Notes: generated from the sequence alone by a model not told the origin. A stretch of DNA of 61,767 nt, filler included, from Basidiobolus ranarum (GCA_040143965.1; 20 parts of 20 records of this genome joined end to end with filler, not necessarily neighbours in it), one strand, 5' to 3'; numbered from the whole stretch's first letter, positions 1 through 12,320 are shown. Program-made: numbers and translations.

Positions 1-1855
1 TATATATAGGACATGATCCCTGTGATAGAGTCAGATTGTGCTGTATATATCATATTAAATAAAATATTCTAAAATTTATGTGGCACAATTTGGCACTATC
101 CAGCACCCTCTGGCATGATCAGTTTAAGCTCTATCTATAGAATTGAGGTGTGATAACCATTGGCCTGTTAGAACAAAAAAGATAATCATTGATATCAAGT
201 GTGTTAAAATTTATGTGTGTCACCCATTAGTGGGGGCTTGACTTGATATTTTATTGAAATTCACAGCATGGTCAAGATCATGAAGCTCTTGAAACTTTCT
301 GGATACATCCGCATAACTTACCAATATTCACGCAAATATGTAATGAAGATAAGCTTGTGTTATTTTTTGAGGTTTGTTAAAATATTTGTGGATACATAGT
401 TTGCCTATAGCCGTTTGGTACTCATAATATTTTTTTGCATCACAATGCATTCTGAGCACTAACTGGCTTATAGAATAAGAGCTTTAGCATCATTAATCGA
501 ATCAAATAGGTTTTCTATCGAAGTCGAGGTTAGCTTATTTTACTCTTATTGTTGCTTCAATCACTTACACATCCTCATCAGTTAAACATATCATCTCATC
601 TGAATTGAGCTTTATCCAAGAAATTAGATCTTTTCCAAATGTTTGCACTTCTTTAGACCATCAAGAGTCCATTTTCTTAATTCCCAGCATGGCGTCATTA
701 AGCAGCTCTCCTATTTCCCTATTTCCACTGTTACGTCTCATCTCTTAGATAATCACTTTTGCGTGTTTTAACTAGAACATATGGTACATTCCAATCGTAG
801 ATTTGAATCACTTGCTTCCTCAGATGTGTAGATTATCAGATCAATCAGAGCCTCTAACCAATGATTTCCATGGCCAACGTCACATTGTCGGAAGAATTTC
901 GCACGGTCAGAGGGATGTGACTGCATGAATGTTAGGCCTAGCATGTCTCCGGCCATGGTAAACATACAAACTTATATGAGTGTGTTACTACCGGCATGGT
1001 TTGCATGTCTTTACAGTGTGAGTCATATGGAAATGAGAATATGATTGGTGAGTCATGTCGGTTGAATACATGGTTGGCCCAATATACCCCCGAATGTGAG
1101 GCTAGACGAAGAAATACGAGATTGGGGTCCCAGATAATCGGATCCAAGCCACCTAATGTTGCTATAACAGATATCTTAGCTAGAGTAATCCAGAATGGCC
1201 CAATTTGCGTGCTTCTATTGGTACGGATCATGGAGAACACTCCATCTGACTCCAAGCATTTAGAATATTAGCTTTGCTGTCAACAATCCTTTTCCAAATC
1301 AACCCATGTCTCTATCGTTCTTGATCTCATCAGCTTTCAAGCACATCAAGCCACTCGCTATATGTAGGAAGGGTGTCCAATTGGTGATGTTTGTGGTTGA
1401 AAGAAATCTATGATCTATGCTATCCAGTCCGACCAATACGGGACACACAATGCCACTCAATTCAATTGCTATATTTGTCTAATGGGTTTCCAACAAGCCA
1501 AAAGTCATGGATTTATCTTTTAGATGGGCCATCATAATCTCCCAGAACGAGGGATGAGATCAGTGGTGCTGCTGGAGCGTGCTGATCAAGTAGTTATTGC
1601 TGAGTATCCTCCAATCGGCCCACCAGATCTTTCTCATCCATTTTTGTAGCAAGTACCAGCATGGAGCAGGGTTACCTAACTGAAAATTGTACATAAGACG
1701 GATTTATCCATTTGATTCATTGCTACTTTTATCGTAGATCTAGCTCTAGGTAAATCGACAATAAGGTTGGCTTCGACTTATTTTGACCAAGGTTTATGCT
1801 TGGTTGTGTTTCAAATTCCACCGCTAACTAATTACTGTCTACCTTCTTACCAGCA

Positions 1856-3007
1856 ATGTGTGGAATTTTCGCCGTTTTCAACTATCAAGGGGATGTTCAG
1901 GCCTATCGCCAGCGCGCTCTTCAGTTGTCGAAGAAGTACACTCATTTACTTTGCTCCTTGTAGCTTAATTGTACTCTAACTGAACAAATGATTCAAATTT
2001 CTAGACTCAGACATAGAGGTCCTGATTGGAACGGTTGTGTTATTAAGAACCAACACATTTTATGCCATGAACGTTTGGCTATTGTGGGTGTCGATTCTGG
2101 TGCGCAACCCATCGTCAATGATGATGAATCCCTTATTTTATCAGTTAATGGAGAGATTTACAATCATAAAACCTTGGAGAAGAGCTTGAAGACTCCTACT
2201 GAGATGAAGACTCGTTCGGATTGTGAGATTATCCTTCATTTGTATAATGAGATTGATACTGAGGTCGTCAAAAAACTTGATGGTATGTTCAGTTTCGTTC
2301 TACTCGATGTCAAGAAAAATCGGTTTATCGCCGCTCGTGACCCTATCGGTATTACCACCTTATACCAAGGTTGGAACTCTGCTTCTCCTGGAACTGTTTA
2401 CTTTTCCTCCGAGCTCAAAGCTTTGAATGAGGAATGTGATAAGATTATTGCCTTCCCTCCTGGTCACTTTTATGATTCCGCTACTGGTGAAACAGTACGC
2501 TATTTCAAACCTTCTTGGTGGGATGAGAAGAAGGTTCCAACCAAAGAGATCGACTACAAGGCTCTAAGAGAAGGTTTGGAAAAGGCAGTTCGTAAAAGAC
2601 TGATGAGTGAAGTACCATACGGTGTTTTGCTCAGTGGTGGTTTAGATTCCAGTCTGATTGCCTCTATTGCCTGTCGTGAATCTGTTAAACTTGCTATAGA
2701 GAGAGTTACTGAGAGCGATGATGATGTCGATCCTAGTGGTCTATACACCTGGCCTCGTGTTCATTCTTTCTCAATCGGTCTTCCTGGTTCACCAGATTTG
2801 ATCGCAGCTCGTAAGGCTGCCAAATTTTTGAAGACAGTTCATCATGAATACACCTTTAACCTTCAGGAGGGTCATGATGCTATTGCGGATGTGATTTATC
2901 ACCTTGAGACATATGATGTTACTACTGTTCGGGCCAGTACTCCTATGTATTTGCTTAGCAGAAAGATTAAAGCCATGGGTGTTAAGATGGTGCTTTCTGG
3001 TGAAGGT
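1856..3007 (+). CDS. ASN1: Glutamine-dependent asparagine synthetase, 5' part (runs off contig); exon 1856-1935, intron 1936-2004, exon 2005-3007
   Basis: The spliced N-terminus reads [35 protein letters not shown] (Ntn-amidotransferase Cys2). Further motifs: [46 protein letters not shown]. The intron is GTACAC...TTTCTAG. The ORF-track start at 1988 lies inside the intron. Confidence 0.96.
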
Positions 3008-3107
3008 NNNNNNNNNNNNNNNNNNNNNNNNNNNNNNNNNNNNNNNNNNNNTTAATTAATTAANNNNNNNNNNNNNNNNNNNNNNNNNNNNNNNNNNNNN
3101 NNNNNNN
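3008..3107. other. Artificial contig linker N44-TTAATTAATTAA-N44 (19 in total)
   Basis: Identical 100-bp spacers with stops in all six frames start at 3008, 6113, 9217, 12321, 15423, 18524, 21625, 24725, 27821, 30915, 34006, 37095, 40183, 43271, 46358, 49442, 52524, 55606 and 58687. Contig lengths never increase along the window. Confidence 0.98.
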
Positions 3108-3751
3108 AAATATCAATTAGATCACTTTTACCAATTTTCACTATTTTCTCAAAACTTCTCCAAATCACCTCAAATTTTCACCCATGCTTAACAGGCATGT
3201 TTGTTATGATCTAAGCATTTTCAATAGTCTTATTTTGTAGTAAACTATAAATAGGACATATTCAATTTAATAAAACTTATGTGTCTAATTGACAATCCAA
3301 ATCTTGTCCAAAACACTTCTATTGCAAACTTCTCTGTTGATGCAAAACTTTCAAAGCAGTACTTGTAGGCATTCCTCCAACAGCTTGCTTAGAGCTCACA
3401 ACCCAATACAATTGTTCAAGGGATTCAGCAGAGCTTTAGACAAGATTTGGAGTTGAGAACTAGACACTTGGGTTTTACTACATTCAATATGGACCTTTAT
3501 GGTTACCCAAAAAGAGATTCTTGGACATGCTTAGCCCATTACACACATATCTGTAAAGCATGGGTGAAAGCTTGAGGTGATTTGGAGAAGTTTTGAGAAA
3601 ATAGTGAAAATTGGCAAAAGTGATCTAATTGATATTTCTATCATTTAGAGCAATAAACTTGCATTTTGAATGGCAGAATTGAGTGCTAAATAATTGTAAA
3701 ATAAACAAATAGACTGCCAAATAATGATTTACTATATACCTAATTTCAACA
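3108..3751. mobile_element. Two partial Copia family-A LTRs in inverted orientation (3108-3320 +, 3555-3751 -)
   Basis: Both match the 352-bp LTR at 43568-43919 and 51568-51919. The minus copy ends ...TAATTTCAACA. Confidence 0.8.
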
Positions 3752-4151
3752 ACATAATACAAACTGTTTGTTAGCATTTTGACAAAACTATAAGTGCCAT
3801 CTTTTTATTTGATTAAGGGACAGCTGAAAACCACCACTATCTCCAAATATTGCAAACTATCTTCCAACACACACCCAGGCACTTCAACAAAAACTTCACT
3901 GATCAAACATAACTCAAAACTACCAATGTACTCTGCCAGCAAGCTAATTGTACAAAAACTACATTGTTTGATAAGCTTAACTCAAATCTAACTCATCTCT
4001 ACTACATGCAGCATGATTTTGCAGGCTTGAAATTTCTTTTTTACTTTCCTATACTTTGTCATACATAGCAATAATGTGTCTTAAAACCACATCAAGTGCT
4101 TATCCAGGACAACTTGGCACTGGTAATTCCATTTAATATCATCATTAGAAT

Positions 4152-4501
4152 AGCTGAAATTAGGTAAATAGTAACTCATTCTTTAGTAGTTAGTTCATTC
4201 ATATTCTGATTGTTTAACACTCAATTCTGCCATTCAAAAACATATATTTATTGCTCTAATTGGTAGAATTATCAATTAGATAAGTTTTACCTATTTTCAC
4301 TATTATCTCAAACCTTCTCCAAATTGCCTCAAATTTACCCATGCTTTGCAGGCATGCTTGTTATGATCTAAGCATATTCATCAGTCCTAGCATATAGTAA
4401 GCTATAAGTAGGACAGAGTAAATTCAATAAAATGTAAGTGTCAAATTCACAAATCCTAATCTTGTTCAAAACACTTCCAAATCCCCTCAATACTTTGATC
4501 A
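4152..4501 (+). mobile_element. Solo LTR, Copia family A (degenerate, near full length)
   Basis: Aligns end to end with the family-A LTR, including the TATAA and AATAAA boxes. Confidence 0.8.
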
Positions 4502-4789
4502 ATAATCATGATATGGTACTGATATTCTTCTAGCTTTCTGTTAGGTATGCTGCAACCTAGTTCTTGTATTGGGAGTGGGAATTAATCAGATTCCACTAAA
4601 ATCTTGCCTACTAAATTTAGAACTGTAGTCTGCATCAAAGCTTAGTAATACTTACGGTAGTCAAGAAACCATTGATTGGCCACAGTAGCTGGAGAACATT
4701 GGTGCTGCTAGCAGCACTGGTTCTGTTGGACCCACCAATTCAAGACATGTCACATGCTGCAGAGAACTTGACTTTTACTGCCTCTGTTA

Positions 4790-5200
4790 CCGCTACATTA
4801 GATGAAGATAGTGATGATAGTTTTATGCATTAGTCTTTTTTATCTGCAAGTGTAGGCACAATTATAACTCTTGCACTCAAGGAAGCAGGTATAATTGCTG
4901 ATGAATAGAGCATCAAGTCCAACTTTAGCCACCAGGCATTCATTGGCTTTCTTGTACTTCCATCATATGTCTATGTTAATGATTGCCTGCACTGAACTGG
5001 TACAAGTAGAAAGCTCTTTGTTACTGTTCATGAACAATTCCTCTGGAATGAAACTTTTTTGTGCCTAAGTGGTATTTAGCTTCCATGGGTGTGCTGAAAA
5101 AACTACAACCATGCACTACTTGCAGCCAATTGGCTATCTCTAATTTGGATCAAACTATTCACATTTGATATATATGCCATTCATATCATTTCTCTAAGTA
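4790..5200 (+). mobile_element. Degenerate fragment of the CACTA/CMC-type transposase N-terminus
   Basis: Similar to 25400-25730 and 14940-15270 (L.KEA..I..EW; C.NGC.AF region). Confidence 0.55.
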
Positions 5201-6002
5201 TTGATGCTAAATAATCCAAATTACTGAAAGTTTTCCTCCTTTTTATTAGTTCAAGGGTGAGAATATTTTGATATTATAAATCACTTCTGGGCATAAATCA
5301 CCAGTGCTCATCAACAGATAGTTGGAGCCATTGCCTGCCAAATGTCAATGGGTATTGGGTTGAGTTCTTATATTTCAGCATGTTGTCAAGGCCAATATTG
5401 TTAAATGTATTGGTAAAACTTCTGCAATTAGTTAACTTGGAAGTCTTTATAGGCTCAAGGTTTTATCTATCAATAAATTCTGTCACATCCATTGAATATA
5501 CAATGGCAGGCATGCTTGGCACTACTATATAAACACAAAGCTAACATCCTTGACTTTGCCATCAAGCACTTGTTTAAATTTCAATGTATTCTTGATCTCA
5601 CTTCAATAAACAATCCTTCTCATATCAAGCATGCAATCCACCATTGGCCCAAGATTGTATGGGTAAAGGGATTAACTAGAGCCTGAGTTTCTCATTGGGA
5701 ACTCAGCACCTGCTATTTCACAATGTTCCATTATTAAAACTCAGCTTTAGGTTGGAAAGTTCAATATGAATGCACCATATATGACAGGAGTCAAGTTGGA
5801 AAGTAAGATGTTGAATAATATCAAGATATCAGTAAATGCTACAAGGTCTCCCAGAAATATGCATTCATTGGGTTGCTTATATACATTTACAGACAGGAAG
5901 TCTTGGCTTTGAATATATCAAAGATGGATCTTGAAAAAATTCCTATCCAGTAAGTACTAATAGCATCAGGGTTGGAATTAAACACACAGCAACTCATTAC
6001 TT

Positions 6003-6112
6003 TGTTGAAATTAGGTAAATAGCAACTCATTATTTAGTAGTTAGTTTATTCATATTCTGATTATTTAGTACTCAATTCTGTCATTCAAAAACGTGTGTTT
6101 ATTGCTCTAATT
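6003..6112 (+). mobile_element. 5' end of a Copia family-A LTR
   Basis: Starts TGTTGAAATTAGGTAAATAGCAACTC, matching the family-A LTR terminus. Confidence 0.8.
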
Positions 6113-6212
6113 NNNNNNNNNNNNNNNNNNNNNNNNNNNNNNNNNNNNNNNNNNNNTTAATTAATTAANNNNNNNNNNNNNNNNNNNNNNNNNNNNNNNN
6201 NNNNNNNNNNNN

Positions 6213-6343
6213 CTCAACCTCCGATCATCATTCCCCAGTGGCCAATGCACCGCCCCAGAAGAGCCTACAAGAAATACAAGAAATACAAGAAATTTGCACA
6301 CCGTTCCTTCAAGATTAGATATTTTAGTGGAAATAGACACTAA
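6213..6343 (+). CDS. 3' end of secreted Gln/Glu-rich precursor with cationic tail (array copy 1, B-type)
   Basis: Reads QPPIIIPQWPMHRPRRAYKKYKKYKKFAHRSFKIRYFSGNRH*; paralogous to 7068-7868 and 8525-9216. Confidence 0.9.
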
Positions 6344-6993
6344 GCTCTGTTAATTGCTCCATGCCTCTCCTATTGATATGTTATTGTAGCCACAACAATA
6401 GTATTTCCTATAAATAAATATCAATCTAAGTATGTACCAGTAGAATGTGACTAATCTTGCACTTGTTATTTAGAAAGAATATCATCCAACCGTGATATAT
6501 TTTCCGGGCCTTACCTCAATAATCTCAATATAAGCCAGAGAAGTTTAGTATGTACGTAACATTTATACTGTATGTGTTTAATACTTCAGTATAAATGAGG
6601 TGAACTAATACTGAAGACAAAAAGCTAGTCTTCCGCAGATATTATAAAACTATTAATACATATATATATACAACCGATCTCTGGAATGCAAAAATTGAGT
6701 TTCGATATATGAAGGAATGATCATGCATACTAAAAGACATAGTCAGCTAGGTAGTATCATAAAATAGACGTTATTATATGGCTATTATAAGCACTCGAGA
6801 AGAAACTACTCCATTCAAAATTGACATTTGATAGTAATTCGTAATATCATTAATGTCAGAATCGAACTAAATTCAACGAGTTCATCGCAAAAAGTAGATA
6901 TTCATTTTGATGTGCTTTATCTAAACTAGAATGTAGAGAAATAGTTAGCGACATTAAAAAGGTGTACTATATGACTCTTTCGAGTAATAGAAG

Positions 6994-6999
6994 TATAAA
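6994..6999 (+). promoter_or_regulatory. TATA box of array gene A (equivalent TATAAAA at 8463-8469 for gene B)
   Basis: AGTATAAA lies about 60-75 bp upstream of the ATG in both paralogs, preceded in both by a similar AGTTAGyGAsATTAAA block. Confidence 0.6.
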
Positions 7000-7067
7000 G
7001 CTGCTGCTCTCTCATGAATTACTAATCATTCTGCACTTGGTTCATTGTCATTGATACCTCAACAATC

Positions 7068-7868
7068 ATGCAAGCCACTCTAGCTTTTTTGATCTCTTCT
7101 TGTGTCTTAGTTCAAGGAGCATTAGCAGCTCCACTTCATAACCTACCAGGTTTTGCCAACGCGGTTGCACACACCACTTACAAAGATAATTCGTGCGGAG
7201 AACAGGTTGGCTCATGCAATGTACAGCCTCAATATCAGACTACCCCTCAAGCAACGGGGTATAGTTATGCTCAACCACCAGCGATGCCAGTGTACCAACA
7301 GGGTGAAAAGCAACCAGCAGAGGAGGAGTCCACACAAGATCAAGGCCAAATGGAACAAGCTCCAGCTGAAGATACTAAAGGTGCAGTGCAACCAACAGAT
7401 GATGAATCCACTCCAGATCAAGGCCAAATGGAACAAGCTCCTGCTGAAGATTCTCAGAGTACAGAACAGCCAACAGAAGATGAATCTACTCCTGATCAAG
7501 GTCAAATGGAACAGGCTCCCGCTGAAGATGACCAGTCTCAATCTGAAGACCAAGCCCAAGGCACTCCTTCCTATACTACCACTCCTTCTGCATGGAATAT
7601 TGATCTGAGCCATCTCCAGCCCAAACAAGCGCTACTTGACGAATTGAAAGGCCACGCATCCCAACGTAGCCAAGCACTGTCCAATTCGAATCAATTCGAT
7701 CAAGCGCAGTTGGTTGACCAGACTATATACCAACCAGCTCAGCCACCTCAACCTCCGATCATCATTCCCCAGTGGCCAATGCACCGACCCAGAAGAGCTT
7801 ACAAGAAATACAAGAAATTTGCCCATCGTTCGTTCAAAATCAGGTACTTCAGTGGCAACAGACACTAA
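7068..7868 (+). CDS. Secreted precursor, 266 aa: signal peptide, 2-Cys segment, 3 x 26-aa acidic repeats, Pro-rich linker, RPRR, cationic Lys/Tyr tail (copy 2, A-type)
   Basis: Intact intronless ORF with hydrophobic N-terminus MQATLAFLISSCVLVQGALA|AP. Paralog conservation includes many synonymous changes. Confidence 0.92.
   Translation: MQATLAFLISSCVLVQGALAAPLHNLPGFANAVAHTTYKDNSCGEQVGSCNVQPQYQTTPQATGYSYAQPPAMPVYQQGEKQPAEEESTQDQGQMEQAPAEDTKGAVQPTDDESTPDQGQMEQAPAEDSQSTEQPTEDESTPDQGQMEQAPAEDDQSQSEDQAQGTPSYTTTPSAWNIDLSHLQPKQALLDELKGHASQRSQALSNSNQFDQAQLVDQTIYQPAQPPQPPIIIPQWPMHRPRRAYKKYKKFAHRSFKIRYFSGNRH
7311..7535 (+). repeat. 78-bp (26-aa) coding tandem repeat QPTDDESTPDQGQMEQAPAEDxQxxE, 3 copies (2 copies in gene B at ~8767-8915)
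   Basis: GATCAAGGyCAAATGGAACArGCTCC recurs at 78-bp spacing. Confidence 0.9.
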
Positions 7869-8524
7869 ACCCCCACTCTTTCACTGACTATTCTCATAAT
7901 GTCATTCCCCATGTTGGTATGATATGATCACAGTGCTCTATGTCAAATCAAATCAGTCTATATATGATATGCAGAAATATTCAAATTTCAATAAAAATTA
8001 AACAAAGAAATATTGGTTTAGATCAATAGTAGGACATCATCAATCAGACACTAAATATAATGCAAAGATACTGGCTAATGAGGGTACAACTTTGCAGAAA
8101 CATTCTGAATATACGGAAAACACAATTGATATATTTGACTGTTAATTTTTAGTCCTTTTACACTTCAGTTTTAGATTAAATATCTGAATCATGAGATTTT
8201 CATCGTCAGCAAGTAGTGTTGATGGTGAAATACCAAGTGGAGACTAGCAAAGGATACTGTGAGTACTACTTTAACTAATTGTGCTACTATATCAACTATA
8301 CTTTGGATACGATTTGGCACTCGAATATTGTATCCGACTAAAAAGAGAAGAGTCATTCACTTTGAATTTGATCTATGTATACTCGACTTTAAAATACCCA
8401 ACAAAACGCAGAGTTAGTGAGATTAAAGTGATGTATTTCATGATTACCCGCCGTTATATAAGTATAAAAGCACAACTTCCTCCTTCATTATATCAACATC
8501 ATTGTCATCAACAACTCAGTAAGC

Positions 8525-9216
8525 ATGCGTACAGCTCTAACTCTTTTGGTCTCTTCTTGTATCTTGATTCAAGGAGCAATCGCAGCTCCACTCCATAACA
8601 AACCAGGATTTGCAAATGCAGTTGCGCAAACCACTTACAAGGATAGATCTTGTAGAGAACAGGCTGGCTCTTGCGTTATACAACCCCAATACCAAGCCTT
8701 ACCTCAAGCAACTGAGTATAGTTATGTGCAACCACAGATGATGACAGTGTATCAACAGAATGAACAGCAGCCAGCAGACCAGGAGCCCACCCCGGATGAA
8801 GGTCAAATGGAACAGGCTCCAGCTGAAGATACTCAAGGTGCAGAGCAACCAACAGATGATGAATCCACTCCAGATCAAGGTCAAATGGAACAAGCACCCG
8901 TTGAGGACGACCAGTCCCAGTCCGAAGACCCAACTCAAAGCACTCCTTCATATACCACTACACCTTCTTCATGGAATATTGACCTGAGCCAACTACAGCC
9001 TAAACAAGCACTACTGGACGAAGTAAAAGGTCACGCATCCCAACGTAGTCAAGCTCTGTCTAATTCGAATCAATTCGATCAAGCTCAGTTGGTTGACCAG
9101 ACTATATACCAGCCAGCTCAGCCCCCTCAACCTCCGATCATCATTCCCCAGTGGCCAATGCACCGACCCAGAAGAGCCTACAAGAAATACAAGAAATACA
9201 AGAAATTTGCACACCG
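8525..9216 (+). CDS. Secreted precursor, array copy 3 (B-type), truncated by contig end
   Basis: Paralog of 7068-7868 with 2 acidic repeats and an extra KKY. Its last 91 bp match the contig's first 91 bp with 1 mismatch. Confidence 0.92.
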
Positions 9217-9316
9217 NNNNNNNNNNNNNNNNNNNNNNNNNNNNNNNNNNNNNNNNNNNNTTAATTAATTAANNNNNNNNNNNNNNNNNNNNNNNNNNNN
9301 NNNNNNNNNNNNNNNN

Positions 9317-10202
9317 AAAATTTAGCTGGCTACAGTGATGCAGATTGAGGAAGAAGATTTGATAATAGCAGATCAACAACTGGGTACACTTTTCTCAATG
9401 GTATTGGAGCCATAACTTGAAATAGTAAGAAGCATCCAACCAATGCAACTTCCACTAAAGAAGCAGAGTGTTTGGCTGCCTTAGCCACTACACATAAAGC
9501 AGTGTGGTTAGGAAAGATATTTCTAGATTAGGATGCATGCAGTATTGTAATATTACTATATTTAATTATGATCAATGTTTTATTTCATTGGCTAAAAACC
9601 TTCATGTAGGCATCATTTGTTAGGGCAGCCATAAAGATTGATAAAATTGAACTTGTCCAATGTCTCACTGAAGCAATGATTGCAGACATCTTTAATGAAA
9701 CCTATAGCTAAAAGCCAATTTGAGTTATTAAACTTTAAGTTAGGTTTAAAGAAATACAAAACAATTAGTAGAGTTGGAATGCTGAACAAGTTGCTCTCAA
9801 TTTGATCCAAAAAATAAGAAAAGTGCATTTCTGGGTCACTATACTCAAACTTGTTAATAAAATGTAAATAGTAACTCATTACTTGGTAATTGGTTTGCTC
9901 ATATTCTGATTATTTAGCACTCATTTCCAACATTAAAAAATGTGGGTTCATTGCTATTATGAGCCAAAATACAAATTTGATCACTTTAACTAACTTTCAG
10001 TTTTTTCTCAAAACTTAACCAGAGTACCTCAAATTTACAACCATGCTTTATAGGCACATTTGTTATGATCTAAGCTTGACCAATAGTCATATTTCAAAGT
10101 AAACTTCAAATAGGACTTATTCAATTGAATTAACCCTAAGTCTTTAATTCACAAATTTAAATCTTATCAAAGTACTTCAAAGTTCACTAAGCACTTTTGT
10201 CA
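9317..10202 (+). mobile_element. Copia family A: degenerate RNase H, PPT-like tract and 3' LTR (9852-10202)
   Basis: Motifs GYSDAD, RSTTGY, ST.EAE and MIADI..KP with stops; followed by an LTR. Confidence 0.85.
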
Positions 10203-10429
10203 AATCTACAGACTGTGGTCTGTAAGAGAATGTTGCATAAGCATAGACTTCCTCCTTGAAAGTGTTCCACCATCTCCCTGGCTTATTGCCCCTTGCAGAT
10301 CATCTTCTAGGGTATGTCTCCTCCATTGATGTACTTGGGTATAGAACTTGGATTCAAGAGGGTTCAGTGGTAGGTCAAATGTTGTCAGACACTTTCTGAA
10401 TAGTGCTGCTTGTGCTTCCTGCATCAAGA

Positions 10430-12320
10430 ACTGTGATTTGAGGGGAAAGAATGCTTCTTCATCAAAAACACATCTCTGCCCTTGATTGACTCCTGATATT
10501 TATATCAAACAGCCTGGGGGCTTGAAATCCATCACAGTAAACAAGAAATGTGCATTTACTGCTTTTGAGTACATGTTTAGAGCATTTTAAGCTGGAATTA
10601 AGCCATGTGCTTTTCAACCTAAGATTGTGAGATGTTCCACAATTAGTTTTAATTCATATTAGGCTTCAATTGGAGCAGAATTTTGTGGCAATGTTGCCTG
10701 GCATTTTTTTTGATATAGACTCAAGTAGATACCGATTCAGTGCAATATTGGTACTCTAACTTTTCATCTTGTGAAATTAGTCTTGCCATCTCAACTATGA
10801 TCATATTAGCACAATCTGTAACTCCATTTTGCTGTGGAGCACAAGGTACAATAGTTTATTACTTAATCCCATGTTGAGAGCAAAAACCAGCAAATTCTTT
10901 TGGGGAGCTTTCTACACCATTATCACTCTGGGGTACCCTCATTCTTCATGCAGATTCTGTCTCTACCATTGCTTTCTTGTGCATGAATGTAGCCAAGACT
11001 GTAGATTTTGATTTGAGAAAGAATACCCAAGTATATCTAGTTAGTTCATTAATAAAGATCAGAAAATTACTTTTAGCCCCAGTTAGACTTTGTTCCTTAG
11101 CACACATAGATCAGCATGATCAGAGCATAGTTTCAAGTGGATATGAAATAGCCACAGCTTAAACTTGGCTGTCTGCAATGTTTTTCATATACACATCCTT
11201 GATGTAGATCCAATATGGTAATATTTTTCAATTTCTAAGACTGAAGACAAGCTGACATTGGATCATTTATATCAGTGATGGTTCCCCTGTATTACCTACT
11301 CCTCTATGCCATGTTTGACTGCTTATTTTACCACTTTTGGCCAAATTTCGATGCTCAGAATGCAATTTGTAGATTTCCAGCCTGTGTAAGCATAGAGCTT
11401 TGATCTCAGTAGCTTTAATACTATTCTGCTTTGTGATAGTGCATCCAGTGTTGCGGAATATGAAATTCAGCCCTTCAGCTATTGCTTGGCTCTCTTAGAG
11501 GAGATTCTTGGGTATATTGGTTCCATGGAGTACATCAACCAATTTTTCAGATGATGAAACTTAATTCTGGTTTTGATTGAGCATAAATGTGCCCTACTGT
11601 GTTTAGTGCACAGTTATCACTTAAGAAGACTTTCCTTGTTTAAATTGGCTTCAAGCTGTAAAGCACATCTTTTCCATTTGACATATGCTGGGATGCTCCT
11701 GAATCAATTTAATATTTATGTGAGTCTTGCTTTGTGGTCACTGATAAGGCAGACAGAAACAGATGATCCTTATTGGTGCTTACTTGTTTAGCTTGTTCCA
11801 ACTTTGGGTTTTTGGCCAAAATCATATTTCTGCAATCATTCATTCAATGACCTAGTATCTTGCAATACTTGCCGATGATTGATTTCCGATTAGTGGCTGC
11901 ATTAATGAAACCTGTTAGACACTATATGGCTCCAAGAAATGCCTGATCTGCATGGTTAACTGAGATTTAGATCTTGTAATATCATATAGAAAATCATGGC
12001 TCCAACATATTTTGTTGTTGATGTCTCTGCTATTGATGATAAAAGTGTTTAGGGGATTTGGAAGTGTTTTGGACAAGATTTGGATATGTGAATTAGACAC
12101 TTAAGTTTTATTGAATTGAATATGTCCTATTTATAGTTTACTATGAAGTAGGGCTATTGGACATGCTTAGATCATAACAAACATGCCTGTTTAGCATGGG
12201 TGAAAATTTGAGGTGATTTGGAGAAGTTTTGAGAAAATAGTGAAAATTGGTAAAAGTGATCTAATTGATATTTCTATCAATTAGAGCAATAGACACACAT
12301 TTTTAAATAACAGAATTGAG
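10430..12320 (-). mobile_element. Copia family A, degenerate: LTR (12037-12320), zinc knuckle, protease, GAG-pre-integrase, integrase
   Basis: Homologous to 49542-51919 and 44480-45670; many stops and frameshifts. Confidence 0.8.

Noticed and set aside
83-120. ~38-bp match to 55707-55745
   Set aside because: Real, but too short to classify; probably the edge of another repeat.
768-965. Minus ORF with DVGHGNHW resembling an HD-domain or di-iron motif
   Set aside because: 65 aa with no supporting flanking motifs.
3008-3107. Regularly spaced TTAATTAATTAA palindromes, ~3.1-kb periodicity, and ORFs ending in XXX-LIN
   Set aside because: Artificial linkers between length-sorted contigs. Gene neighbourhoods across them are meaningless.
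5250-6000. Possible LINE endonuclease remnant (CIFLGDL on -)
   Set aside because: A single weak motif; too degenerate to support.
7311-7535. Acidic repeats as a dikaritin/KEP-type repeated-core RiPP precursor
   Set aside because: No KR/RR sites separate the repeats and no DUF3328 or other tailoring gene is in the contig. The only clear kexin-type site is the C-terminal RPRR.
7153-7865. Overlapping alternative-frame and antisense ORFs (7153-7608, 7212-7628, 7632-7865 and equivalents at 8676-9214)
   Set aside because: Shadows of the repetitive sense ORF; the synonymous-change pattern supports only the 7068 and 8525 frames.
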